Source: Ignavibacteriales bacterium (GTDB lineage: Bacteria; Bacteroidota; Ignavibacteria; Ignavibacteriales; Ignavibacteriaceae). From it: DNA of 64,000 nucleotides. The stretch is from positions 904,093 through 968,092 of the forward strand of contig JADJEI010000013.1 of NCBI GenBank assembly GCA_016709155.1, written 5' to 3'. The notes under the pieces are model-generated. The model had not been told where the DNA came from and made no database searches. It worked only from the letters and a program-made list of their open reading frames with translations. Below, piece after piece: positions 20,075-31,060 of this stretch (positions are counted from its first letter, which is position 1; every line of letters starts with the position of its first letter). The translations under genes and the position numbers were made by a program.

Positions 20075-20592
20075 TGAAAGTAACAGAAGAAATATTGAAC
20101 AAATATATTGACGGCGAACTAGAACCGGAAGTATTGGAAGAGTTGAATGAACAACTCGTAAAATCAAAAGAAGACTTGGAAAGATTACGCGCTCTACAAG
20201 CACTTCATAGAAGTCTTTCAAAAATAAAACCTGAAGAAACGCCAGCGGATTTTACACGTGCCGTAATGTTCAGGATAAATAAAAAGAGTAAGACGGGCAA
20301 TGAACAGAAGTTTTTTATAGGAATTATATCGTCCGTATTCGTTTCGTTTTCGATAGCAATAGCGGGCTATGTTTTATACTTGATTGCATCCACTTCAACT
20401 ACAACAAATCAAATGGGGGAGGCGTTTACGATTGTTAAATCTTACACTCAAATTGTTACCAATCCCCTGGAGAAATTATTCAGTGGAATTAATATGACAA
20501 TAATAGGTTCAATACTTTCTATGACAATACTCGGAAGTGCATATTATTTCTTCGAGACTTTTAAGAGAATTAAAAATAATATCACTTCTTAA
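20074..20592 (+). CDS. putative anti-sigma factor (membrane-anchored)
   Basis: Start overlaps the sigma gene stop. N-terminal YIDGELEPE motif typical of anti-sigma factors, followed by TM segments. Confidence 0.6.
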   Translation: MKVTEEILNKYIDGELEPEVLEELNEQLVKSKEDLERLRALQALHRSLSKIKPEETPADFTRAVMFRINKKSKTGNEQKFFIGIISSVFVSFSIAIAGYVLYLIASTSTTTNQMGEAFTIVKSYTQIVTNPLEKLFSGINMTIIGSILSMTILGSAYYFFETFKRIKNNITS

Positions 20593-20756
20593 AAAACCGA
20601 ATATTATTTCAACTCAGTGGTTGTTTATGTCCGTTAGTTATCGAATATCAGCGTTATTACTTGTAACTGCCTCTCTTCTTTTTCAGAGAGATTGATTCCG
20701 CCCTCCTAAATTTACTTTCCTGTTTCGTATATTTGAAATAAAAAAAGGAAACTAAA

Positions 20757-21083
20757 ATGTTGGTAACAACCACACCATCAGTCGAAGGTAAAAGAGTAAA
20801 AAAATATTTAGGACTCGTTAGCGGCGAAGCGATAATGGGTGCAAACATATTTAAGGATTTTTTTGCCGGCATACGTGATATCGTGGGGGGTAGGTCAGTC
20901 GCTTATGAAAAAGAATTAAGAAAAGCCAAAGAACTCGCAATCGAAGAAATGATACAAGCATCTGTAGCACTCGGCGGCAATGCAGTAATTGGCGTTGATC
21001 TTGATTATGAAACAATAGGCGGGGGCAGCGGAAATATGTTAATGGTCAGCGCATCCGGCACTGCCGTAGAGATAGAAGAATAA
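20757..21083 (+). CDS. YbjQ/UPF0145 family protein
   Basis: [29 protein letters not shown]...[13 protein letters not shown] pattern. Confidence 0.85.
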   Translation: MLVTTTPSVEGKRVKKYLGLVSGEAIMGANIFKDFFAGIRDIVGGRSVAYEKELRKAKELAIEEMIQASVALGGNAVIGVDLDYETIGGGSGNMLMVSASGTAVEIEE

Positions 21084-21084
21084 G

Positions 21085-21993
21085 ATGAGCGAAATCAAAT
21101 CGGGTTACGCTGCGATTGTTGGGTTACCCAATGTTGGTAAATCTACATTACTTAATGCGATGCTTGGACAGAAAATATCTATCACAAGCAATAAGCCTCA
21201 AACCACACGCAAAAGAATCTTGGGAATCTTGAATGAGGAGAATTATCAAATAATATTTTTAGACACACCGGGAATATTAAAGCCGGGTTACCTGCTTCAA
21301 GAAAAGATGATGAAGTTTGTTGAATTATCTTTTCATGATGCTGATGTTCTTATAATTATTATTGATGTGTCAGATGCTGAAAATGGAAAACACACGCTTG
21401 AAAATGAATTAATAAATCAATACTTGATTAAGAAAAAAAAACCGGCAATTCTAGTTCTTAATAAAGTCGATTTGTCATCTGAGGGAAAAATAAAGCAATT
21501 AATAAAACAATATGAAGGATTGAATTTATTCGAACAGATAATTCCTGTATCAGCAACTTTAAGTTTTAATATCCAAAAGTTAACTGAGGCAGTGTTAGAA
21601 TTTATTCCTGTTCATCCAAAATATTTTCCTGAAGATATTATTGCAGACGAGAACGAAAGATTTTTTGTCTCCGAAATAATTCGTGAAAAAATTCTTGAAT
21701 TATTTCAGGAAGAAATTCCATATAGCTGTGAAGTGCGTGTTGTTGATTATAAAGAAAGAGATGAGACAAAAGATTTTATCGAAGCAGAAATTATTGTTGA
21801 ACGTGATACACAAAGAGCAATCATCTTAGGAAAAGGAGGGGCAGCGATTAAAAGACTTGGACTTTCTGCGCGGAAAGAAATCGAACAGTTTGTTCAGAAA
21901 GAAGTCTATCTGGATTTACGGGTGAAAGTTAAAAAGAAATGGCGCTCTGATGATCAATCCCTTAAACAATTCGGCTATACTTCCGAAGAGTAA
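21085..21993 (+). CDS. era: GTPase Era
   Basis: GLPNVGKST G1, DTPG G3, NKVD G4, C-terminal KH domain (IIVERDTQRAIILGKGG). Confidence 0.95.
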   Translation: MSEIKSGYAAIVGLPNVGKSTLLNAMLGQKISITSNKPQTTRKRILGILNEENYQIIFLDTPGILKPGYLLQEKMMKFVELSFHDADVLIIIIDVSDAENGKHTLENELINQYLIKKKKPAILVLNKVDLSSEGKIKQLIKQYEGLNLFEQIIPVSATLSFNIQKLTEAVLEFIPVHPKYFPEDIIADENERFFVSEIIREKILELFQEEIPYSCEVRVVDYKERDETKDFIEAEIIVERDTQRAIILGKGGAAIKRLGLSARKEIEQFVQKEVYLDLRVKVKKKWRSDDQSLKQFGYTSEE

Positions 21994-22002
21994 TCTAATT
22001 CT

Positions 22003-22911
22003 ATGAAAAAGTATTACGGTGAAGGTGCACTTCTTTTGAATACACTTATTTGGGGGGGGACATTTGCTATTGTTAAGAACGCCTTTAACGATGTCTCACC
22101 CTTACTCTTTCTTAGCTTACGATTTATAATTGCAACTTTGCTGTTCCTTCCTTTTGTTTATAAGCATTTATTAAAGGTTGATAAAAAAACTATACTCGCT
22201 GGAGTTGTACTCGGTGTGTTTTACTTTTCTGGATTTGCAACTCAAACTCTTGGTCTGAATATCACGACTGCAACAAAGTCAGGATTTATTACTGGAACTT
22301 TTGTGATCTTTATTCCAATGTTGCAATTAATTATTGAAAGAAGAAAACCTAAATGGTTCAACATCGTTAGCGTGCTTTTAGTCTTGATAGGACTGGTAAT
22401 GCTAGCAAGTAAAGGTGATAATGCAATAGATTTTATACAGCAGCTTGGTACTGATTTTAACTTTGGTGATATACTTACTTTACTTTGTGCAATTCTCTTT
22501 GCGTTTCAAGTTGTCTATGTTGATATATTTACAAAACGGTATTATTATCTGCCAATGGTTTTTGTGCAGTTACTCATTACAGGCTTAGGCGGGTTGGTGT
22601 TCTCATTTATTTTTTCTATTTCGGAATTAGAGGCTTTCAGATTTGATTTGAATTCAAGTGTGATTGCATCTTTAATTTATACTGCAATATTTGCATCAAT
22701 CATTGCAACAATTATTCAGCTTAAATTTCAAAAAATAGTTTCGCCGACGAAAGCAGGGATCATATTCTCAATCGAGCCGATATTTGCTGCCGTATTTGCT
22801 TTCTTTTTACTCAGTGAAAAAATATCTAATTTTGGCTTAATTGGATGTGCAATAATTTTCATTGGATTAGTTCTGTCGGAATTTTTTGAAAACAAGTTTA
22901 AAGATGAATAG
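22003..22911 (+). CDS. DMT (EamA-like) family transporter
   Basis: About ten hydrophobic helices and a duplicated EamA-like architecture. Confidence 0.8.
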   Translation: MKKYYGEGALLLNTLIWGGTFAIVKNAFNDVSPLLFLSLRFIIATLLFLPFVYKHLLKVDKKTILAGVVLGVFYFSGFATQTLGLNITTATKSGFITGTFVIFIPMLQLIIERRKPKWFNIVSVLLVLIGLVMLASKGDNAIDFIQQLGTDFNFGDILTLLCAILFAFQVVYVDIFTKRYYYLPMVFVQLLITGLGGLVFSFIFSISELEAFRFDLNSSVIASLIYTAIFASIIATIIQLKFQKIVSPTKAGIIFSIEPIFAAVFAFFLLSEKISNFGLIGCAIIFIGLVLSEFFENKFKDE

Positions 22912-23179
22912 CAGAGCAATAATAACTGTATCAGGTGTAGTTCAGGGGGTGGGCTTTAGATATTTTGTTTATCGGACTGCGATTGCACTTAAATTAAAAG
23001 GCTTCACAAAAAATTTATACACCGGACAAGTTCTGACTGTGGTTGAAGGTGAAGATATATTTGTTAAAGAAATGATAAATAAAATAAAGATAGGACCTCC
23101 TCACGCTTCAGTAAAAAACTGCAATGTAAGCTGGGAGGCATTTAAAAATGAATTTGAAAGTTTTGAAATACAATCATGA
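22904..23179 (+). CDS. acyP: acylphosphatase
   Basis: VSGVVQGVGFRYF motif. ATG at 22904 preferred over the ORF-track TTG at 22886. Confidence 0.85.
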   Translation: MNSRAIITVSGVVQGVGFRYFVYRTAIALKLKGFTKNLYTGQVLTVVEGEDIFVKEMINKIKIGPPHASVKNCNVSWEAFKNEFESFEIQS

Positions 23180-23661
23180 AAAATAATTATAGAACAGGAA
23201 TTGGCTTCGATGTTCATCAATTTGCAGAAGGCAGAAAATTAATTATTGGAGGCGTGACCATTCCTTATGATAAAGGATTACTTGGGCATTCTGATGCTGA
23301 TGTATTGTTACATGCTATTGCCGATGCCTTATTAGGTGCAGCTTCACTTGGTGATATTGGTCAGCATTTTCCTGATACAGATTCAACATTCAAAAATGCT
23401 GATAGCAAAAATCTTTTGCATCAAGTTGTTAAACTTATCCATGAGAATAATTATAAAATTGAAAATGTTGATTCAATCCTTACACTGCAAAAACCAAAAG
23501 TTGCTCCTTTCATCCCTGAAATGAAGACAGTAATTTCCTCCATCCTTAATATTGAAGAGAGTAGAGTCTCTATTAAAGCAACAACTACAGAGCATTTAGG
23601 TTTTGTTGGGAGAGAAGAAGGCGCTGCAGCTTTTGCCACAGTTTTGATTTATAAAAAGTAA
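23176..23661 (+). CDS. ispF: 2-C-methyl-D-erythritol 2,4-cyclodiphosphate synthase
   Basis: GIGFDVHQF, GHSDADVLLHAI.DALLGA...GDIG..FPDTD motifs. Confidence 0.95.
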   Translation: MKNNYRTGIGFDVHQFAEGRKLIIGGVTIPYDKGLLGHSDADVLLHAIADALLGAASLGDIGQHFPDTDSTFKNADSKNLLHQVVKLIHENNYKIENVDSILTLQKPKVAPFIPEMKTVISSILNIEESRVSIKATTTEHLGFVGREEGAAAFATVLIYKK

Positions 23662-23663
23662 AT

Positions 23664-24272
23664 ATGTTCGAAGATATTTTAAGCAGTATTTCAGATTTCA
23701 GTCCACTCTGGATATATTTATCATTATTATTCTTTTCATACATTGAAAACATATTTCCACCCTCTCCAAGCGATTTAGTCGTTGTTGTAGGTGGTTCGTT
23801 AGTAGGTGCGGGAGCGATAAGCTTTGTCCCGACGCTTCTCATTACAAGTTTTGGGAGCATCGCCGGCTTTATGACTTTGTATTTTCTCGGCTCACAACTT
23901 GATAGAAAAGTAATCAGCTCAGGAAAGTTAAAATTCATTTCGCTCGAGGCATTACAAAAAGCAGAGACATGGTTTAATAAATACGGCTACCGGGTAATTT
24001 TAATTAATAGATTTTTGCCGGGCACACGTTCTGTTATTTCGTTTTTCGCCGGTGTGAGTGAACTAAAAATAAAAAGAACTTTAATACTTGCCGCTGTCAG
24101 TGCAATCGCATGGAATTTTATAATTATTTATTTGGGGATTTTATTCGGTGATAACATTTCGACGGTTGATAAATATCTTTCTATGTACAGCAATATTATC
24201 TTAATTATTTCGGGAGTACTCGTTATAGTTTTTACAGTTCAATATTTTATTAAAAAGAAAAAGAAGAAATGA
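23664..24272 (+). CDS. DedA/VTT-domain membrane protein
   Basis: IFPPSPSD ... NRFLPGTRS motifs typical of the DedA family. Confidence 0.8.
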   Translation: MFEDILSSISDFSPLWIYLSLLFFSYIENIFPPSPSDLVVVVGGSLVGAGAISFVPTLLITSFGSIAGFMTLYFLGSQLDRKVISSGKLKFISLEALQKAETWFNKYGYRVILINRFLPGTRSVISFFAGVSELKIKRTLILAAVSAIAWNFIIIYLGILFGDNISTVDKYLSMYSNIILIISGVLVIVFTVQYFIKKKKKK

Positions 24273-25961
24273 ATGAAATTATTTTTGTTTAAAAAATCAG
24301 AACTCAATCAAGATAAAAAAAAACAGCGAAACAAAAATCGAAAGTTGTTAATATTAAGCGGAGCGATGCTTGGTCTCTCGTTTCCACCCTTTCCGTTTCC
24401 ATTTCAGTTTTTGATGTTCTTTGCATTGATCCCTTTCTTTTTTGTTATTGAAAGGAAAAAAACTTTGCTTGAACTTAATAAAGCAATGTTTTTAACTGCA
24501 TTTATTTTTTGTGTGATTGGAGTATATTGGGTTGGAAGCTGGCAATCAAAAGCCGATCCTTTTTTAATGGCGGGGGGAGGTGCACTTTTATTTTTCTTAC
24601 CCACATTGTATATGATTATCTCCACGCTGTACTATCTTACCCGAAAATTATTCAAAGAAAAAGCTGCTTTGTTTTTGTTTCCTCTGCTTTGGGTTACTCT
24701 CGAACATCTTATGGCAATTACTGAATTTAGTTTTCCCTGGTTGACTCTTGGGCAGGGGCTTTCTTATTTCACTTTGTTTATTCAGATTGCTGATATTGTG
24801 GGAGCATTAGGTCTGTCACTGATAGTGTTATATCTGAATATCTTCATCTATAAAAGTATTTTATTATTTAAGGAAGATAGAAAAAGGTCTGCCTATTGGG
24901 TTTCGATGGCGGGGGTACTTTTTGGTGCAGTTATTATTTATGGCACTTTAAGAGTAAATACCATAAAACTTGATGGCAAGACAATTCGCGTAGGTGTCAT
25001 TCAACCAAATATTGACCCATGGGAAAAATGGAAAGTCACTGGATTAAAGCCCATCCTTTCAAACTATTTTGAATTGTCGCAGCGTGCAGTGAATGAAAAA
25101 ATTGATTTGCTTATTTGGCCCGAAACGGCTTTACCTGTTTATCTTTTGAATGGAGGATATAGTAATCACGTTGATTCGATTTATTCTTTTATTAAAAAAA
25201 ATAATGTTTACTTGTTAACAGGGATGCCGCATGTTGAATTTTATTTTGATAAAGATAATCACCCCAATGATGCAAAGCAGGGTGCTGAAAGCGATTTTTG
25301 GTATCGAACCTACAATTCTGTTTTAATGTTTTCGCCTTACAATAAAAGCATATCCCGATATGGGAAAATGAAGTTAGTCCCTCTTGGTGAGCACACACCG
25401 TATGTTGATAAAATTCCGTTCCTCGGTGATATGCTGAAATGGAGCGTGGGTTTATCAGGCTGGAACTTTGGACAAGATACCAGTGTGTTTAAAATGCTGT
25501 CAGTAAATAATGGTTCGCCAGCCCAATCGCCGAGGCTTAATGATACAATTAGTCTTTCAGGCATAGTATGTTTCGAATCCGTGTTCCCGGATTTCGTTGC
25601 GGGTTTTGTTAATCGCGGTGCACAATTCATCACTGTTGTTACAAATGATAGCTGGTACGGCAAATCAAGCGGACCATATCAGCATAAAGAAATTGGCGTA
25701 CTTCGCGCTGTTGAAAACAGAAGGTCTGTTGTGCGATGTGCAAACGGAGGAGTCAGTTGCATAATTAATCCAATTGGAATAACAGAGAAAGAAACTGAAT
25801 TATTCAAACGGACATATTTAACCGGTGATGTAAAATTAAATTCCGACAAAACTTTTTATACGAAATATCCGTTAATAGTTCCGGTTATCTCTATGGCATT
25901 TTCAATGTGGATTATAGGTATTAATATTTTAATATGGATGAAGAAAAAATTTAAATTATAA
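24273..25961 (+). CDS. lnt: apolipoprotein N-acyltransferase
   Basis: Multi-TM N-terminus plus a CN-hydrolase domain (VIQPNI...WPE...ICFESVFP). Confidence 0.9.
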   Translation: MKLFLFKKSELNQDKKKQRNKNRKLLILSGAMLGLSFPPFPFPFQFLMFFALIPFFFVIERKKTLLELNKAMFLTAFIFCVIGVYWVGSWQSKADPFLMAGGGALLFFLPTLYMIISTLYYLTRKLFKEKAALFLFPLLWVTLEHLMAITEFSFPWLTLGQGLSYFTLFIQIADIVGALGLSLIVLYLNIFIYKSILLFKEDRKRSAYWVSMAGVLFGAVIIYGTLRVNTIKLDGKTIRVGVIQPNIDPWEKWKVTGLKPILSNYFELSQRAVNEKIDLLIWPETALPVYLLNGGYSNHVDSIYSFIKKNNVYLLTGMPHVEFYFDKDNHPNDAKQGAESDFWYRTYNSVLMFSPYNKSISRYGKMKLVPLGEHTPYVDKIPFLGDMLKWSVGLSGWNFGQDTSVFKMLSVNNGSPAQSPRLNDTISLSGIVCFESVFPDFVAGFVNRGAQFITVVTNDSWYGKSSGPYQHKEIGVLRAVENRRSVVRCANGGVSCIINPIGITEKETELFKRTYLTGDVKLNSDKTFYTKYPLIVPVISMAFSMWIIGINILIWMKKKFKL

Positions 25962-25968
25962 TTTAATC

Positions 25969-26035
25969 CGTCATTCCCGCGGAATCGGGAATCCAGTCAG
26001 TGCAAAAACTGATTTCTGCCTTTGCAGGGATGACG
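25969..26035. repeat. REP/MITE-like imperfect palindromic element
   Basis: CGTCATTCCCGCGGAATCGGGAATCC ... GCAGGGATGACG arms. A recurrent intergenic element type in many bacteria. Confidence 0.55.
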
Positions 26036-26048
26036 AACAGAGAAAGAA

Positions 26049-27071
26049 ATGATTGACTTACGAAGCGACACAGTAACACGCCCATCCGAAGCAATGCGTA
26101 AAGCAATGTACAATGCTGAAGTTGGTGATGATGTTTTTAAAGAAGATCCCACAGTAAATAAGCTTGAGGAATATGCCGCAGAACTTTTAGGTAAAGAAGC
26201 CGCATTATTTGTTTCAAGCGGTGTGATGGGAAATCAGCTTTGTTTAAATGTATTGACCAAGCCGGGTGATGAAGTTATCTGTGAAAAAGATTGTCACATT
26301 TTTAATTATGAGTCCGGATCACCGGCAAAGCTTAGCGGTATTCAGTTGCATCCGGTTGAAGGTAAAGGAGGAGCTATCACAGCAGAGCAGGTTGAACCTT
26401 TGATTCGTCCGGAAAGCGCATATTATATGCCGCGCACACGTGTAATTGAAATTGAGAACACGCACAATCGCGCTGGTGGAACTATAATTCCTATCGAAGC
26501 AATTAAGAATTTAAGGCTGCTTGCAAATAAGTATAATTTATTTTTTCATCTTGATGGTGCAAGAATTTGGAACGCATCTGTAGCAACTGGAATTTCAGTA
26601 AAACAATATGCTTCACATTTTGATTCTGTTTCGTGCTGTCTTTCGAAAGGATTAGGTGCACCGATTGGTTCTATCATTGCCGGGACAAAAGATTTTATTC
26701 GTGAAGCGTATCGAGTCAGAAAATCGTGGGGCGGGGGAATGCGTCAAGTTGGAATTCTTGCGGCTGCGGGTTTGTATGCTTTGCAAAATAATATTGAAAG
26801 ATTAAAAGAAGATCACGAGAAAGCAAAATTATTTGCGAGTGCTATTTCTCAAAATTCTAGTCTCGAAATAGACTTATCTGCAGTTCAGACAAACATCGTT
26901 ATCTTCAAGCCAAAAAAAATATCTGTTGAGTTGGCAGTTGAAAAATGTAAGCATAAGGGACTATTACTTTCGGTTGGGAAAATAGACTCATTGAGGGCAA
27001 TTACTCATCTGGATGTTTCAAAAACAGATATTAATAAAGCGATTGAAATCTTAAAAAGAGTTTTCATTTAA
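26049..27071 (+). CDS. ltaE: low-specificity L-threonine aldolase
   Basis: DLRSDTVTRP...GDDVF.EDPTVN N-terminus and a PLP-lysine region (CLSKGLGAP). Confidence 0.85.
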   Translation: MIDLRSDTVTRPSEAMRKAMYNAEVGDDVFKEDPTVNKLEEYAAELLGKEAALFVSSGVMGNQLCLNVLTKPGDEVICEKDCHIFNYESGSPAKLSGIQLHPVEGKGGAITAEQVEPLIRPESAYYMPRTRVIEIENTHNRAGGTIIPIEAIKNLRLLANKYNLFFHLDGARIWNASVATGISVKQYASHFDSVSCCLSKGLGAPIGSIIAGTKDFIREAYRVRKSWGGGMRQVGILAAAGLYALQNNIERLKEDHEKAKLFASAISQNSSLEIDLSAVQTNIVIFKPKKISVELAVEKCKHKGLLLSVGKIDSLRAITHLDVSKTDINKAIEILKRVFI

Positions 27072-27137
27072 TTTATTTCTCAGCTTATATTACAAAAAAG
27101 TTTTCCGGAAAATAATTTCTAACTCCATACTTTTTTA

Positions 27138-27593
27138 ATGATAGAAAAAATATTTTATCACAAAATAATTACACGAGTACGATTTCACGAAGTTGATATG
27201 CTCGGTGTCTGCAACAATGCCGTTTACATTAACTATTTTGAAACTGCAAGGTTGGAATATATCAAAGCAGCCGGATTGATGCCCGAAAGAGGAATATTTT
27301 CTGATGGAAAAATATTTTTTATGGTTCGCAACGAAATAAATTATCGCGATCATGCTCGATACGACGATGAACTCGGAATTTATTCAAGGATATCCTTCAT
27401 AAAAAATTCGTCTTTCGGGTTTGATCATATTATTAAAAACGAAAAAAATGATAAAATAATTGTTGATGGATCGGGTGTTGTTGTCAGAGTTGATCCTAAC
27501 TCGAGAAAATCTATTCGCGTTGATGACGAGTTTATTCAAAAAATTAAAACATTCCAGGGTGAAGTGACAATTTTAAAAGGAGGCGGTAATTAA
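27138..27593 (+). CDS. acyl-CoA thioesterase (4HBT/YbgC-like hotdog fold)
   Basis: RVRFHEVDMLGVCNNAVYINYFE motif. Confidence 0.8.
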   Translation: MIEKIFYHKIITRVRFHEVDMLGVCNNAVYINYFETARLEYIKAAGLMPERGIFSDGKIFFMVRNEINYRDHARYDDELGIYSRISFIKNSSFGFDHIIKNEKNDKIIVDGSGVVVRVDPNSRKSIRVDDEFIQKIKTFQGEVTILKGGGN

Positions 27594-27594
27594 T

Positions 27595-28284
27595 ATGCGA
27601 AAAATTGTATTTGATATTGAAACCTGTTCACTCCCTTTTCAATCCTTAACTGAAAGTCAAAGAGAATATCTGCTTCACTTTGCCGAAAAGGAAAAGGATG
27701 AGGTGATTAAAGCAGAAATGATTAACGAGGCAGTACGATTTACTTCCTTATATCCATTTACAGCTAAAGTTATTTCTATAGGGATTTATGATATTGAGAA
27801 AGATAAATCTTTCGTTTACTATGAGTCTAAGGTTGAAGAAGAATGGTTCTCCGAAGATGATCAAATCCACTTTAAGGGTGTTTCCGAAGAGAACATGATC
27901 AAATCATTTTGGCGAATTGCAGAATTTGCTGATCAGGTAATTACATTTAACGGTCGAAATTTTGACGTACCATTTCTGATGCTTCGCTCGGCATTACTTC
28001 AAATTAAACCTTCAAAAAATTATCTGAAAAATAGATTTGACATTTCAAGACACATAGATTTATTGGAGCAGTTTACATTCTTTGGAGTTACAAGAAAATT
28101 CAATCTTGATTTTTATTGTCAGAGTTTTGGAATTGATTCACCAAAATCAAAAGATATTACAGGAATGGAAGTTAAATCTTTATACGAAGCAGGAAGAATT
28201 AAAGAGATAGCTATTTATTGCAGTAAAGATGTTAGTGCAACATTTCAGTTGTATAAAATATGGAATGAATATCTTAATTCTTAA
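27595..28284 (+). CDS. RNase H-like 3'-5' exonuclease (PolB-exonuclease-like, stand-alone)
   Basis: FDIET Exo I-like motif, ITFNGRNFDVPFL, C-terminal YCSKDV Exo III-like motif. Confidence 0.65.
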   Translation: MRKIVFDIETCSLPFQSLTESQREYLLHFAEKEKDEVIKAEMINEAVRFTSLYPFTAKVISIGIYDIEKDKSFVYYESKVEEEWFSEDDQIHFKGVSEENMIKSFWRIAEFADQVITFNGRNFDVPFLMLRSALLQIKPSKNYLKNRFDISRHIDLLEQFTFFGVTRKFNLDFYCQSFGIDSPKSKDITGMEVKSLYEAGRIKEIAIYCSKDVSATFQLYKIWNEYLNS

Positions 28285-28328
28285 ATAAATAATTTTTTTG
28301 TCATATTAAGTAAACAGGGATTTATTGA

Positions 28329-28817
28329 ATGAACAACTCTAAACATATTTTATTCATCATTCTACTTTTTACATCTTTCCCGTTCATAGGAGGGTGCCAG
28401 GAAAAGACTGAACAACCCGCTGATACAAACAAAACATTTGGAAGGGCAGATGTTAAAACTGAAAATATTGACGGGATTGAAGTGAAAACCATTTATTATG
28501 ATGATAAATCTAGATCAGAAACTCAATATCAAAATGGTGTTAGAAATGGCTGGACAAAAACTATTGATGGCAATGGAAACATTACTTCCGAAGGAAATTA
28601 TTTAAACGGTAAAATGGAAGGTGAATTTCTGTCTTTCTATCCTGATGGAAAAATAATGTTGAAAGCCAATTATAAAAATGGATTGCTTGACGGAATTTCG
28701 TACTATTATTTCCCTGATGGTAAAGTTCAAAAAGAAAGTAAGTACGAACGAAATAAAATTATTTTTATCAGAGAATATGATCAGAACGGCAAATTGCTTT
28801 ATGAAGATAAATTCTAA
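28329..28817 (+). CDS. MORN-repeat (YwqK-like) lipoprotein
   Basis: Lipobox-like IGGC and repeated G.(K/R).(D/N)G....YY..G units. Confidence 0.7.
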   Translation: MNNSKHILFIILLFTSFPFIGGCQEKTEQPADTNKTFGRADVKTENIDGIEVKTIYYDDKSRSETQYQNGVRNGWTKTIDGNGNITSEGNYLNGKMEGEFLSFYPDGKIMLKANYKNGLLDGISYYYFPDGKVQKESKYERNKIIFIREYDQNGKLLYEDKF

Positions 28818-28837
28818 TGAATTAATATGGACATATA

Positions 28838-31060
28838 ATGATTGAAAAAAATGTAAATCTCCAACTCGTTTCAGAACATGGTTTAACTGAAGAAGAATAT
28901 AACAAAATACTCAAGATATTAAAACGCGTCCCCACCTATACCGAACTGGGGATATTCAGTGTAATGTGGAGTGAGCATTGCAGTTATAAAAATTCAATAG
29001 CACTTTTAAAAACATTACCGAGAGAAGGGAAAAAACTATTAGTTGGCGCGGGTGAGGAAAACGCAGGGCTTGTTGATATCGGAGACAATCTTGCTGTTGC
29101 ATTTAAAATCGAAAGTCATAACCATCCTTCGGCAGTCGAGCCATACCAGGGCGCAGCTACAGGGGTTGGGGGAATTATGCGAGATATTTTTACCATGGGT
29201 GCGCGTCCGATTGCTTCATTAAATTCACTTCGATTCGGTTCGTTGAATGATGCACGCACAAGATTTTTATTTGATGGTGTTGTCCGTGGGATTGGTGACT
29301 ATGGAAATAGTTTTGGTGTTCCAACTGTCGCAGGCGAGGTTTATTTTGATGAATGTTATCAGGACAATCCATTAGTCAATGCAATGGCTGTCGGAATTGT
29401 AAATAAAAATCTCGTCGCAAGCGCTGTGGCAAAGGGGGCAGGTAACCCAATAATGATTGTAGGATCTTCTACCGGCAGAGATGGAATACACGGTGCTACT
29501 TTTGCATCAGAAGAAATATCTGAAAAATCTGAAGCAAAAAGACCCTCGGTTCAAGTTGGTGATCCATTTACTGAAAAACTTTTACTCGAAGCAACCCTTG
29601 AAATAATTAAAAATGGCTGGCTCATCGGCATTCAGGATATGGGGGCAGCAGGTATTTCATGCTCTACAAGTGAAATGAGTGCAAAAGGAAATTCCGGAAT
29701 GAAAATTAATCTCGACAGTGTTCCTTTGCGGGAACAAGGGATGACGGCATACGAAATCATGCTTTCTGAAAGCCAGGAGAGAATGCTTTGCTGTGTTAAA
29801 AAAGGTTATGAAGAAAAAGTTAAAGAAGTTTTTACTAAATGGGATTTGAATTGTGAAATCATTGGTGAAGTTACTGATCAAGGCTTATTAGAAATTGACT
29901 ATCAAGGAGAGAAAAAAACTTCAATGCCGGCTTTCGATTTGGTACTTGGCGGCGGTGCCCCGGTTTATTTTCGTGAAAGTATAGAGCCGAAGTACATTCA
30001 TGAATTACGTAAATTCAATTTTAAATCTCTACCGGAACCAAAATCAATTGAAGAAATATTTGAAAAAATATTCTCATCACCGAATATTGTTTCTAAAAAA
30101 TGGGTTTATGAACAATACGATTCGATGGTTCGGACAAACACTATTGTCGGTCCTGGTTGCGATGCTGCCGTCGTTTTTATTAAAGGTACGAAGAAGGCAC
30201 TTGCCATGAAAACAGATTGCAACGGAAGATATGTTTACTTGAATCCGCATGAAGGCACAAAGTTGGCGGTTGCTGAAGCAGCAAGAAATATTGTCTGTTC
30301 TGGTGGGAAACCACTTGCGATTACAAACTGTTTAAATTTTGGAAATCCATATAAGCCTGAAATGTACTGGCAATTTAAAGAAGCAATTGCCGGAATGGGC
30401 GAAGCCTGCAGATATTTCGACACACCTGTTACAGGCGGTAATGTTAGTTTCTACAATGAGTCTCAAAACGCTGCTGTGTATCCCACGCCCACTATTGGAA
30501 TGGTAGGTCTAATTGAAGATCTTAAAAATGTTACCACATCCTATTTCAAAAATGAAAATGATCTTATCTATCTTTTAGGCGAGGATTTCGAGGAAATTGG
30601 AGGAAGCGAATATCTGAAAATTATTCATGGAAAAGTTGCCGGTGATTGTCCTAAAATTAATCTTGCCACAGAAAGTATTCTTCAAAATACCGTGTTAGAA
30701 TTAATTGAAGCAAAATTAATAAACTCAGCTCATGATATTTCGGAAGGCGGTATCGCTTGTGCACTGGCTGAATGTTGTATAATTAATCGAGAGAAAATGA
30801 TTGGCGCTGAAGTGAATATACCAATAAAAAGCAGGGTTGACTTTTCTCTATTCTCGGAAAGTCAATCTCGGGTTTTAATAAGTATTGATATAAAAAATCA
30901 GAATTCAGCAGAAGATATCTTGAATAAGGCTAAGCAGCCATTTATATTAATTGGTAAAACAGGCAGTAACGTTTTAATAATCAATAAAAAAATAAGAATT
31001 AGTTTAGCAAACCTTGCAGATATTTATTTTAATACGATATCCAGAATTATGAATGAATAA
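28838..31060 (+). CDS. purL: phosphoribosylformylglycinamidine synthase subunit PurL
   Basis: [30 protein letters not shown], repeated AIR-synthase-like domains, ~740 aa. Confidence 0.95.
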   Translation: MIEKNVNLQLVSEHGLTEEEYNKILKILKRVPTYTELGIFSVMWSEHCSYKNSIALLKTLPREGKKLLVGAGEENAGLVDIGDNLAVAFKIESHNHPSAVEPYQGAATGVGGIMRDIFTMGARPIASLNSLRFGSLNDARTRFLFDGVVRGIGDYGNSFGVPTVAGEVYFDECYQDNPLVNAMAVGIVNKNLVASAVAKGAGNPIMIVGSSTGRDGIHGATFASEEISEKSEAKRPSVQVGDPFTEKLLLEATLEIIKNGWLIGIQDMGAAGISCSTSEMSAKGNSGMKINLDSVPLREQGMTAYEIMLSESQERMLCCVKKGYEEKVKEVFTKWDLNCEIIGEVTDQGLLEIDYQGEKKTSMPAFDLVLGGGAPVYFRESIEPKYIHELRKFNFKSLPEPKSIEEIFEKIFSSPNIVSKKWVYEQYDSMVRTNTIVGPGCDAAVVFIKGTKKALAMKTDCNGRYVYLNPHEGTKLAVAEAARNIVCSGGKPLAITNCLNFGNPYKPEMYWQFKEAIAGMGEACRYFDTPVTGGNVSFYNESQNAAVYPTPTIGMVGLIEDLKNVTTSYFKNENDLIYLLGEDFEEIGGSEYLKIIHGKVAGDCPKINLATESILQNTVLELIEAKLINSAHDISEGGIACALAECCIINREKMIGAEVNIPIKSRVDFSLFSESQSRVLISIDIKNQNSAEDILNKAKQPFILIGKTGSNVLIINKKIRISLANLADIYFNTISRIMNE

